Shown piece after piece: positions 17,483 to 25,125 of a stretch of 53,936 nucleotides of DNA; position 1 is the stretch's first letter, and each line of letters opens with the position of its first letter. The notes under the pieces are model-generated. The model ran no database searches and was not told the origin of the DNA. It worked only from the letters and a program-made list of their open reading frames with translations. Position numbers and translations under genes: made by a program. The DNA comes from Patescibacteria group bacterium (GTDB lineage: Bacteria; Patescibacteriota; Patescibacteriia; GWA2-47-26). The stretch spans positions 1-53,936 of the forward strand of contig JBBTTG010000019.1 in assembly GCA_038064355.1 (NCBI GenBank), read 5' to 3'.

Positions 17483-18112
17483 ATGGACACGCGCACCCGA
17501 GCCGAGGAGGCATTGAAGCGCCTCAAAAAGGAATATCCCGAGCGCGGGCCGTTTGTGGAGTGGAAAAATTCGCTCGAGCTTGTTGTCGGCACCATGCTTT
17601 CGGCGCAGTGCACGGACGTGCGGGTGAATATGGTGACGAAGACTCTTTTTAAAAAATACAAAACAGCGAAGGATTACGCCCGCGCGGATCTGTGTACGCT
17701 GGAGAAGGAAATTTACAGCACGGGATTTTTTAAAAGCAAAGCGAAGTATTTGAAAGGGATAGGGGAGCGGATCGTAAAAGATTTCGGCGGCCGCGTGCCG
17801 GCAACGCTTGAGGATCTCTTGACTCTGCCGGGACTGTCGCACAAGAGCGCGCATTTGGTCATGGCCAAAGCGTTTGGAAAATTTACCGGTATTGCCGTTG
17901 ATACACATGTCTATCGCGTGGCGCCGCGGCTCGGGCTGACTCAATCAAAAGATCGCGACAAGGTGGCCGGCGATCTTGAGAAGCTCTATCCGCCGAAAGA
18001 GTATTTAAATGTCAACGAATACTGTATCATGCACGGCCGCGCGATCTGTAAACCGCGGCCTTTGTGCGGGGAGTGCGTCTTGCAGGATATTTGTCCATCG
18101 GCGGATATTTGA
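17483..18112 (+). CDS. nth: Endonuclease III
   Basis: HhH-GPD fold (LLTLPGLSHKSAHLVM, VDTHVYRV) and a 4Fe-4S loop CKPRPLCGECVLQDIC. Confidence 0.93.
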   Translation: MDTRTRAEEALKRLKKEYPERGPFVEWKNSLELVVGTMLSAQCTDVRVNMVTKTLFKKYKTAKDYARADLCTLEKEIYSTGFFKSKAKYLKGIGERIVKDFGGRVPATLEDLLTLPGLSHKSAHLVMAKAFGKFTGIAVDTHVYRVAPRLGLTQSKDRDKVAGDLEKLYPPKEYLNVNEYCIMHGRAICKPRPLCGECVLQDICPSADI

Positions 18113-18137
18113 CATAATCCCGGGCTTTTTGTATACT
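18109..18137 (+). promoter_or_regulatory. Promoter of rpsB-tsf
   Basis: TTGACA (18109-18114), a 17 nt spacer, then TATACT (18132-18137). Confidence 0.6.
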
Positions 18138-18295
18138 CTTTGCATTGTAAAGGACTTCCACTTTATACTTTTAATTATTTGCCGCCATGGGCGGCACCCC
18201 GCCAAAGGCGGTGGAACTTCACCCACATACTCTCAAGTATTTCCTGTCTTGCCCCCGGCAAGATTGAGAGGAGAGGCAAAGGAAATCGAATCTCT
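18138..18295 (+). promoter_or_regulatory. Long structured 5' leader of rpsB (candidate autoregulatory leader)
   Basis: About 150 nt between the promoter and the ATG. It holds three GC hairpins: TGCCGCC-ATG-GGCGGCA, CCGCC-AAA-GGCGG and TCTTGCC-CCCG-GCAAGA. Confidence 0.3.
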
Positions 18296-19057
18296 ATGAC
18301 TCAAATCCCGGAACTCGTGGATCTCTTGAAATCAGGTGCGCATTTTGGCCACCAGATTTCCAAATGGCACCCGAAGATGGCGGAGTATATTTTTACTTCG
18401 CGCAGCAGTATACACCTTATTAACCTTGAGATAACCCAGAAGAAGCTCGCGGAGGCGGCTGATTTTGCGCGTCAGCTTGGACGCGAGGGAAAAGTCTTGT
18501 TGTTTATTGGCACGAAGAAGCAGACACAGGAAATTATCAAAAAATACGCCAGTGAATGCGGCGCGCCCTATGTGTCCAATAAATGGCTTGGCGGGACTTT
18601 TACGAATTTCGCGGAAATCAGCAAGCTGATCCGGCGGTATATTGATCTCAGGGATCGAAGCGCTCGCGGACTTCTTTCCAAATACACCAAGAAGGAGCAG
18701 GTGGATTTTGCCAAGGAGATTGAAAAGACCGAGCATGCCATTGGCGGCATTACGGTGCTCACCAAACTTCCAGACGCGGTGTATATCGTTGATATCAAAC
18801 ATGAAAAGACGGCGCTCGTGGAGTCGCATCGCGTGCGTCTGCCGATTATCGCCATCTGCGATACCAATGTCGACCCGAGTCTTGTGGATTATATTATTCC
18901 CGCCAATGACGACGCGGTGAAATCCGTTGAGATGATTACGGCGGTGATTGCGGGTGCTTATCAGGAGGGGAAAGCCGAAGCAAAAGTGCAGGCCGCAAAA
19001 CCGAAAGAAGAGGTGAAGGAGGAAGTGAAGATGGAGGCGGTGGTGAGTAGCGTATAG
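18296..19057 (+). CDS. rpsB: 30S ribosomal protein S2
   Basis: LLKSGAHFGHQISKWHPKM, GGTFTNF, PDAVYIVD. The start was trimmed to MTQIPEL. The stop TAG lies inside a GTAG heptamer tract. Confidence 0.95.
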   Translation: MTQIPELVDLLKSGAHFGHQISKWHPKMAEYIFTSRSSIHLINLEITQKKLAEAADFARQLGREGKVLLFIGTKKQTQEIIKKYASECGAPYVSNKWLGGTFTNFAEISKLIRRYIDLRDRSARGLLSKYTKKEQVDFAKEIEKTEHAIGGITVLTKLPDAVYIVDIKHEKTALVESHRVRLPIIAICDTNVDPSLVDYIIPANDDAVKSVEMITAVIAGAYQEGKAEAKVQAAKPKEEVKEEVKMEAVVSSV

Positions 19058-19067
19058 TATGTAATTT

Positions 19068-19188
19068 GAGACCGTAGAAAAACGCGATCTGCTTTGTTGA
19101 AACCTGCGGTATTCGCTCACCGTACCTTTCAGTACGGCTCGCTCACTCCTCGGTTTCGCCTCGCATCTCATCGTTTTTCTACAGTCTC
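19068..19188. repeat. Family-D MITE-like element inserted between rpsB and tsf
   Basis: Identical by eye to 8340-8460. Confidence 0.9.
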
Positions 19189-19229
19189 AAATTGTTCCCC
19201 GCGAAATTTTTTTTGCAACATTTTTATAT

Positions 19230-19817
19230 ATGGCCGACGCAAAGCTTGTCATGCAATTACGCGAACAAACCGGTGCGGGTATCCTTGACGCCAAAAATGC
19301 GCTCGAAGAATCGGGGGATGATCTCATGAAGGCGGCTGAACTGTTGCGCAAGAAGGGCGCGGTAAAGGCGGCTTCAAAATCGGATCGCGAAACGCACGAA
19401 GGAGTGATCCATGCTTATATCCACGCGGGGGGGAAAGTGGGCGCCATGGTGGAGGTACTCTGCGAGACGGATTTTGTGGCCCGCAATGAGCAGTTCCAAG
19501 ATTTCGTTCATGGTATTGCCATGCATGTGGCGGCGGCCAATCCGCTCTACCTCAAGCCCGAAGATGTACCAGAAGAGGTGGTTGAAAAAGAGAAAGAGAT
19601 TATCAAAGAGCAGATGGCGGGGGAGAATAAACCCGCGAATGTGGTTGAAAAAATTGTTGAAGGCAAGATGAATAAGTATTTCCAGGAAACTTGCCTCTTG
19701 AAACAGGCCTTCGTTAAAGACGATTCCGTGACGATTGAGGAGTTGGTGAAGAGCCAGATTGCCAAGATCGGCGAGAATATCCAGGTCAAACGTTTCAGCC
19801 GATTCAGTTTGATGTAA
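19230..19817 (+). CDS. tsf: Elongation factor Ts (short form)
   Basis: LREQTGAGILDAKNALEESGDDLMKAAELLRKKG, CETDFVARNEQF. Confidence 0.93.
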   Translation: MADAKLVMQLREQTGAGILDAKNALEESGDDLMKAAELLRKKGAVKAASKSDRETHEGVIHAYIHAGGKVGAMVEVLCETDFVARNEQFQDFVHGIAMHVAAANPLYLKPEDVPEEVVEKEKEIIKEQMAGENKPANVVEKIVEGKMNKYFQETCLLKQAFVKDDSVTIEELVKSQIAKIGENIQVKRFSRFSLM

Positions 19818-19822
19818 CATAA

Positions 19823-19874
19823 AAAACACCAGCCCGTCCGGAGATGCGTTTTCCAGACGGGCTGGTGTTTTTTA
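19823..19874 (+). terminator. Rho-independent terminator after tsf
   Basis: A 16 bp stem AAAACACCAGCCCGTC ... GACGGGCTGGTGTTTT followed by a T-run. Confidence 0.85.
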
Positions 19875-19952
19875 ATTCCCGAGGACCATGGTATGCTTTC
19901 AGGAAAGCTTAACCTGCCTGCCGCAGGCAATAATTTAGGATTTAACACTACT

Positions 19953-20975
19953 ATGGCAAAAAAATTGAAAGTCGCAATCAATGGTTTCGGGCGTATCGGC
20001 CGCACGGCATTTAAGGCAGGATGGGGGCGCAAGGGGATTTCCTTTGTCGTGATCAATGATCTTACTTCGCCGGAGATTTTGGCGCATCTTTTAAAATATG
20101 ATTCCGTTTTTCGCACCTGGGACCATGATGTCTCGCACGATGAAAAACACGTCATTGTGGACGGAGTGAAGATTCCCGTGGTGGCCGAAAAAGAGCCGAT
20201 GAAATTGCCATGGAAGGAATATAAGGTGGATGTTGTGATGGAGTGTACCGGGCGATTCACCAAGATGGAGCTGGCCAAACAGCATATCGCCGCCGGGGCC
20301 AAACGCGTGGTGATCTCGTCGCCTGCCAAAGAGGTGCCGACGTATCTCATGGGCGTCAATCACGGGGCGGCAAAATCCGGTGATACTATCGTCAATAATG
20401 CTTCCTGCACCACCAATTCTATTGCGCCGGTAGCCGCCATTATAAATGACTGGTTTGGTATAGCCAAGGCGATGATGACGACCATCCATTCGGTGACCGC
20501 CGAGCAAAATCTTGTAGACGGACTTCCTCCCGCGCTGCATCCCGATCTGCGCCGCGCGCGTTCCGCTCTCATCAATATGGTACCCACTTCAACCGGCGCC
20601 GCCAAGGCCGCTGTGGAGGCGATTCCCTCGCTCCAAGGTTTATTCGACGGCATTGCCGTGCGCGTGCCGACGCTCGACGTTTCGCTTTCGGATTTTACTT
20701 TTTTATTGAAGCGCAAAACCACGGCGGATGAGGTGAATGGCGTGTTTAAAAAGGCGACCAAAGACAAACGATGGAAGGGGATCATTGGGGTAAGCGAGGT
20801 GCCGCTCGTGTCTTCCGACTTTATCGGGACGACGTATTCCACTGTCGTTGACCTTGAGATGACGCGTGTCGTGGACGGCGATCTCGTGAAAGTGATGGCG
20901 TGGTATGACAACGAGTGGGGATACAGCATGAGGTTGGTGGATATGGTTGAACATATAGGGGGTTTGATGAAGTAG
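19953..20975 (+). CDS. gap: Glyceraldehyde-3-phosphate dehydrogenase
   Basis: VAINGFGRIGR, active site ASCTTNS, WYDNEWGYS. The start was trimmed to MAKKLKV. Confidence 0.95.
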   Translation: MAKKLKVAINGFGRIGRTAFKAGWGRKGISFVVINDLTSPEILAHLLKYDSVFRTWDHDVSHDEKHVIVDGVKIPVVAEKEPMKLPWKEYKVDVVMECTGRFTKMELAKQHIAAGAKRVVISSPAKEVPTYLMGVNHGAAKSGDTIVNNASCTTNSIAPVAAIINDWFGIAKAMMTTIHSVTAEQNLVDGLPPALHPDLRRARSALINMVPTSTGAAKAAVEAIPSLQGLFDGIAVRVPTLDVSLSDFTFLLKRKTTADEVNGVFKKATKDKRWKGIIGVSEVPLVSSDFIGTTYSTVVDLEMTRVVDGDLVKVMAWYDNEWGYSMRLVDMVEHIGGLMK

Positions 20976-20984
20976 GGCAGTGTT

Positions 20985-21033
20985 TGTCATTGCGAGCCCA
21001 GAGCTTGTCGAGGGGCGTGGCAATCTCGTCTCT
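20985..21033. repeat. Family-C left arm only (solo half element)
   Basis: TGTCATTGCGAGCCCAGAGCTTGTCGAGGGGCGTGGCAATCTCG aligns with the left arm of the element at 21350-21398. Confidence 0.75.
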
Positions 21034-21072
21034 TAAGATAGGAAAGAAGAAAAAAGATATGGTGTTTATATA

Positions 21073-21333
21073 ATGACAAACCAGCGAAACACGACTCTTT
21101 ACACTGGCGTAACGGGCAATTTGGCGAAGCGGGTTTGGGAACATAAAAATAAAGGAGTCAAAGGGTTTACCGAAAAATACAATATCGGTAAACTCGTTTA
21201 TTTTGAGGTGTTTCCTTCGCCATACGAAGCGATACAAAGAGAAAAGCAGATCAAGGCTGGATCGAGGAAAAAAAAGCTGGATCTTATTGCAAAGATGAAT
21301 CCTGAATGGAAGGATTTAAGTGATTCATTGTAG
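21073..21333 (+). CDS. GIY-YIG nuclease family protein (86 aa, COG2827/UPF0213-like)
   Basis: LYTGVTGNLAKRVWEHK...YFEVF...AIQREKQIKAGSRKKK matches the GIY...YIG / R / E core. Confidence 0.85.
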   Translation: MTNQRNTTLYTGVTGNLAKRVWEHKNKGVKGFTEKYNIGKLVYFEVFPSPYEAIQREKQIKAGSRKKKLDLIAKMNPEWKDLSDSL

Positions 21334-21349
21334 GAATTCCTCTCCCCTT

Positions 21350-21436
21350 TTGTTATCGCGAGTCCCGACGCTTCAGTCGGAACGTGGCGATCTCGAATCT
21401 CGGCGGGATTGCTTCGCTCCGCTCGCAATGACAGTC
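21350..21436. repeat. Family-C palindromic element, complete, intergenic
   Basis: TGTTATCGCGAGTCCCGACGC...GATTGCTTCGCTCCGCTCGCAATGACA. Confidence 0.85.
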
Positions 21437-21441
21437 TTGAT

Positions 21442-22707
21442 ATGAACGAATTTTTTCTCAAAACGTCCGAATTTGATTACCCTTTACCCGAGCGGCTCAT
21501 TGCGCAGAAGCCGTTTTCGCCGCGCGATTGTTGCCGTCTGCTTGTTTTGCATCGCGAGAGCGGGAAGATGGAACACCGGAAATTCTTTGATATTACGGCA
21601 TATCTTCGCGCGGGTGATGTGCTTGTGCTCAACGACAGCCGTGTTTTTAAAGCGAGACTTTTTGGAAGATTGTCATTGCGAGGAGCGGGGCGACGAAGCA
21701 ATCCCGTCCAAGTACAAGATCGCCGCGCCTCGCCTGCGGTGAAGCTCGCGATGACAGAGAAAAAGATAGAGGTATTTTTGTTGAGGGAAGTTGATAAAAC
21801 GGGAACATGGGAAGCGTTGGGAAATCCCGGGAAAAAATTAAAAGACGGGGTGAAGGTTTCTTTTTCAAAAACCGTCGAGTGTGAAGTCATCGGGAAGCGT
21901 GAAGGGAAATATCTGGTGCGTTTTAATATCCGCGGCTTGGCTTTTCAAAAGTTTTTGGCGCGGTATGGCCATGTGCCCATTCCTCCTTATATAGGGAAGG
22001 AGCCAAAAGACGCCGGAGACTATCAAACCGTCTATGCGCGGCAGAGCGGGTCAGTCGCCGCTCCGACGGCCGGGTTTCATTTCACGAAACGCCTTTTAAA
22101 AAAGATTGAGCGCATGGGAGTGGAGGTGCGATATATCACTTTGCATGTCGGATATGGAACATTTAAGCTCGTGAAATCCGAAGAGGTGAGCGCGCATAAG
22201 ATGGAAGAAGAGTGGGTGGAAATTTCGGCAGAGACCGCACGAGCGATTTCGCGCGCCAAGAGCGAGGGCAGGAGAGTGGTTGCCGTTGGGACGACGACAG
22301 TCAGAGCGCTTGAGGGATACTCCCTGATTAGTCATCGCGAGGAGCCGAAGGCGACGCGGCGATCCCGTACTCGAAACGAGATTGCTTCTCCGCCAAAGGC
22401 GGATCGCAATGACATTCTTTCGGCCTACTCCGGTCCTGTAAATATATTCATCTACCCCCACACCAAAAATTTTGGTGTGGGGGTAAACCCGGGCTATAAG
22501 TTTCAAATCGTTGACGCGCTGGTGACCAATTTTCACCTGCCAAAATCCACTCTGCTCGTGCTCGTTTCCGCCTTCGCGAAATCCCCCCTCTCCCTTGATG
22601 GGAGAGGGCAGGGTGAGGGTGTCATTTTGATCAAAACCGCCTACCAAGAGGCAATCAAGAAAAAATATCGCGTTTATTCGTTTGGAGATGCGATGATAAT
22701 TGTGTAG
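21442..22707 (+). CDS. queA: S-adenosylmethionine:tRNA ribosyltransferase-isomerase, with four in-frame palindromic insertions
   Basis: FDYPLPERLIAQKP, PIPPYI, YQTVYA, AAPTAGFHFT, VGTTTVRALE, VDALVTNFHLPKSTLLVLVSAF, YRVYSFGDAM. The start was trimmed to MNEFFLK. Confidence 0.93.
   Translation: MNEFFLKTSEFDYPLPERLIAQKPFSPRDCCRLLVLHRESGKMEHRKFFDITAYLRAGDVLVLNDSRVFKARLFGRLSLRGAGRRSNPVQVQDRRASPAVKLAMTEKKIEVFLLREVDKTGTWEALGNPGKKLKDGVKVSFSKTVECEVIGKREGKYLVRFNIRGLAFQKFLARYGHVPIPPYIGKEPKDAGDYQTVYARQSGSVAAPTAGFHFTKRLLKKIERMGVEVRYITLHVGYGTFKLVKSEEVSAHKMEEEWVEISAETARAISRAKSEGRRVVAVGTTTVRALEGYSLISHREEPKATRRSRTRNEIASPPKADRNDILSAYSGPVNIFIYPHTKNFGVGVNPGYKFQIVDALVTNFHLPKSTLLVLVSAFAKSPLSLDGRGQGEGVILIKTAYQEAIKKKYRVYSFGDAMIIV
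21671..21756. repeat. Family-C element inside queA
   Basis: TGTCATTGCGAGG...CTCGCGATGACA, translated as LSLRGAGRRSNPVQVQDRRASPAVKLAMT between the conserved LFGR and KKIEVF. Confidence 0.9.
22330..22414. repeat. Family-C element inside queA, read in a different frame from the first copy
   Basis: AGTCATCGCGAGG...GGATCGCAATGACAT, translated as ISHREEPKATRRSRTRNEIASPPKADRNDI. Confidence 0.9.
22455..22483. repeat. Perfect 14 bp-arm palindrome inside queA
   Basis: CCCCCACACCAAAA-A-TTTTGGTGTGGGGG, translated as PHTKNFGVGV inside the conserved IYP-GYKF segment. Confidence 0.85.
22581..22621. repeat. Family-B GC-rich palindrome inside queA
   Basis: CCCTCTCCC-TTGAT-GGGAGAGGG followed by CAGGGTGAGGG, translated as PLSLDGRGQGEG. 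Confidence 0.8.
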
Positions 22708-22806
22708 TATTGCCGTTTTTGTTTGATTTTTTAGTGTGCTATACTATTGGTAACTGGGGTAACTGAATAATCGAATCATTCAACAACGAAAGAGTATGGG
22801 AATTCT

Positions 22807-22834
22807 ATTTGTCATTTGCCATTTGTAATTTTTA
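22807..22834. repeat. Heptanucleotide tract (ATTTNNN x4) just upstream of a start codon
   Basis: ATTTGTC ATTTGCC ATTTGTA ATTTTTA. Confidence 0.75.
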
Positions 22835-22840
22835 TCGCTT

Positions 22841-23029
22841 ATGTCCTACAAAATCGGCGACCGGGTGTCGAAAACCGGAAAATACCAATGCATCAACTGC
22901 GACACCGTTGAAACCTTCGAAGCGGAGGAGGAATTTCCGGACTGCGAGACGTGTTTTACGGGCGGCACACACACAGCCGACGATGAAATGGGCTGGGAGT
23001 TTGTGGCAGCCGATCCAACAATGGATTAG
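22841..23029 (+). CDS. Small zinc-ribbon protein (62 aa)
   Basis: The pairs CINC...CETC form a putative Zn ribbon. It abuts pgk. Confidence 0.55.
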   Translation: MSYKIGDRVSKTGKYQCINCDTVETFEAEEEFPDCETCFTGGTHTADDEMGWEFVAADPTMD

Positions 23030-23031
23030 TT

Positions 23032-24297
23032 ATGAAACTACACACCATTCGAGAAATAGACATGCGAGCACTTCGCGGGAAGCGGGTGCTTTTGCGTGTG
23101 GATTTTAACGTGCCAATGGGGGAAAAGGGCGTGTTTGACGATACGCGGATGCGCGCGGCATTGCCCACGATCAATTATCTTCGTCGCGCGGGAGCCAAGA
23201 TGATTCTTGTCTCGCATCTCGGGCGGCCGGCGCCCGCCTCGAGCTCGCGGCTCACCCCTGCCCAATTTCAGACCATTTGCAAAAAGAATAAGATGTTCAG
23301 TTTGAAACGTGTCGCGTCATACCTTGAGACGCTCACGCAGGGTGTGAGATTTGCCGACGATCCGATCGGGAGCGAGGCGCTTGCGCGGACGCTTGGAGCC
23401 GCAAAAGATGGGAGTGTCACACTTTTGGAAAATATCCGTTTCTATCCCGGGGAGGAGAAGAACGACGCGAAGTTTGTAGAGGCGCTGGCGGAGCTTGCGG
23501 ATTTTTTTGTCAACGACGCGTTTTCAGCCTCACACCGGGCGCATGCTTCTGTCGCGGGAGTGGCGAAATTACTCCCTTCGTATGCCGGTTTGCTCGTGGA
23601 AAAAGAAGTGGAGGCGCTTGGCGGACTTTTAGGCAAACCCAAGACGCCGTTTGTGGTGATGCTTGGCGGCGCAAAGATTGCCGACAAGGTGGGGGTGATT
23701 CGGAGTCTCTCAAAGCGTGCGGATAAGATTCTCCTTGGGGGCGCGCTCATCAATAGTTTTTACATGGCGATGGGGTGCGATGTTGGTGCGTCGATGGTGG
23801 AAGAGAAGGGGATACAGATAGTCAAACGCTTGCTCAAGAATAAAAAAATCGTTTTGCCGACGGATGTAGTGGTGGGTGATGTGCGGGATCCCGGGCGGAA
23901 TGGGTACGTGGTCAATCTGAATTTGCGTCGCGGCAACGGCAAGAAAGAAGTGGGGATTATCTGTTCGGCGCCGTATGCTATCTATGACATTGGCCCAAAA
24001 ACGATCTTGGAGTACGCGAAGGTGATTAAAAAGGCGAAGACCTTGGTGTGGAACGGTCCGCTCGGTATGTATGAGATTGAAAAATTCAGCCATGGCACCT
24101 TGGCATTGGGAAGACTCTTTGCCTCGCGTTCCTGCGGGCGTGCCTTTGGCATTGCGGGCGGCGGCGAGACGCTTCACGCGCTGAAACTCACAGGGATGGG
24201 TTCGTGCGTGGACTGGATTTCCACCGGCGGGGGTGCTATGCTTGAATTCTTGGAAGGAAAGACCTTGCCGGGATTAAAACTGTTGCTGAAGAAATAA
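23032..24297 (+). CDS. pgk: Phosphoglycerate kinase
   Basis: RVDFNVP, ILVSHLGRP, NDAFSASHRAHAS, LGGAKIADK, WNGPLGMYE, STGGGA. Confidence 0.95.
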   Translation: MKLHTIREIDMRALRGKRVLLRVDFNVPMGEKGVFDDTRMRAALPTINYLRRAGAKMILVSHLGRPAPASSSRLTPAQFQTICKKNKMFSLKRVASYLETLTQGVRFADDPIGSEALARTLGAAKDGSVTLLENIRFYPGEEKNDAKFVEALAELADFFVNDAFSASHRAHASVAGVAKLLPSYAGLLVEKEVEALGGLLGKPKTPFVVMLGGAKIADKVGVIRSLSKRADKILLGGALINSFYMAMGCDVGASMVEEKGIQIVKRLLKNKKIVLPTDVVVGDVRDPGRNGYVVNLNLRRGNGKKEVGIICSAPYAIYDIGPKTILEYAKVIKKAKTLVWNGPLGMYEIEKFSHGTLALGRLFASRSCGRAFGIAGGGETLHALKLTGMGSCVDWISTGGGAMLEFLEGKTLPGLKLLLKK

Positions 24298-24325
24298 TTT
24301 TGCATTTTTAACTTTTGACTTTTTA
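24298..24325. repeat. Heptanucleotide tract (YTTTTNA x4) forming the pgk-SIMPL spacer
   Basis: TTTTGCA TTTTTAA CTTTTGA CTTTTTA, then CCTAT and the ATG. Confidence 0.75.
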
Positions 24326-24330
24326 CCTAT

Positions 24331-25104
24331 ATGTTCTGGCCTACCTGGAGGGAAAATAAATTATTCACCGCGCTTCTTGGTCTTGTGGGCCTTGGGGTCG
24401 TGTTGCTCCTGGGGGTAAAGACCATGAATGGTTTCAAGGAGAATGCGTTTATCGGAAAACCCGAGATTCGCGACATGATTACGATTGAAGGAGAGGGGAA
24501 GGTCGCTGGCGTCCCGGAAATCGCGGTTATCGGTGTCGGGATTTCTACGGAGAATAAGGAGGTCGTGAAAGCGCAGACTGAAAATAATACAAAAATGACT
24601 ACGCTCATCGGCCGCGTCAAGGGATTCGGCGTGGACAGCAAGGATATTCAGACGACCAATTATTCCCTCTCTCCGCAGTATGAATGGCCGGATGGAAAGC
24701 GGGTGTTGCGCGGGTATCGGGTGACCCAAGAGGTGCAGGTAAAGATCAGGGATTTGGGAAAGATCGGCGCTATCCTTTCCTCGGTAGGCGAGTCGGGAGC
24801 CAATCAAGTATCGGGTGTTTCTTTCACTATCGACGATCCGGAAACGCTTCGCGAGCAGGCACGCGAGAAGGCGCTTGAGAATGCCAGAGCAAAAGCCAAA
24901 TCGGTGGCAGAGAAAGCGGGCGTGAAGCTCGGAAAGCTTGTGACTTTCAGCGAGTATTCCCCGAGCGGATCGACGTATTATAAAGGGTTTGATTCTTATG
25001 CAATGGGCCTCGGCGGTGCTACAGAAGCCGCGGCACCAGCACCGGTGGAGAGCGGAAGTTTGGATATCGTGGTCAATGTAAATGTCACATACGAAATCCT
25101 GTAG
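24331..25104 (+). CDS. SIMPL/DUF541 domain protein with an N-terminal TM anchor
   Basis: ITIEGEGKV...TTNYSLSPQYEW...GYRVTQEVQVKIRDL...SGSLDIVVNVNVTYEI. Confidence 0.8.
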   Translation: MFWPTWRENKLFTALLGLVGLGVVLLLGVKTMNGFKENAFIGKPEIRDMITIEGEGKVAGVPEIAVIGVGISTENKEVVKAQTENNTKMTTLIGRVKGFGVDSKDIQTTNYSLSPQYEWPDGKRVLRGYRVTQEVQVKIRDLGKIGAILSSVGESGANQVSGVSFTIDDPETLREQAREKALENARAKAKSVAEKAGVKLGKLVTFSEYSPSGSTYYKGFDSYAMGLGGATEAAAPAPVESGSLDIVVNVNVTYEIL

Positions 25105-25125
25105 TCAGTAGACGGTAGTCTGTAT
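25098..25125. repeat. Heptanucleotide NNNGTAG tract spanning the SIMPL stop and the eno start
   Basis: CCTGTAG TCAGTAG ACGGTAG TCTGTAT. The TAG at 25102-25104 is the SIMPL stop, and the eno ATG begins at 25124. Confidence 0.85.

Noticed and set aside
21671-22621. Inteins or self-splicing introns as an explanation for the extra segments in queA, prmC and eno.
   Set aside because: The segments are only 10-30 codons long. They lack intein splice-junction residues and endonuclease blocks, and they are far too short for group I or II intron cores. They coincide with dispersed DNA palindromes. Removal at the RNA level cannot be excluded without transcript data.
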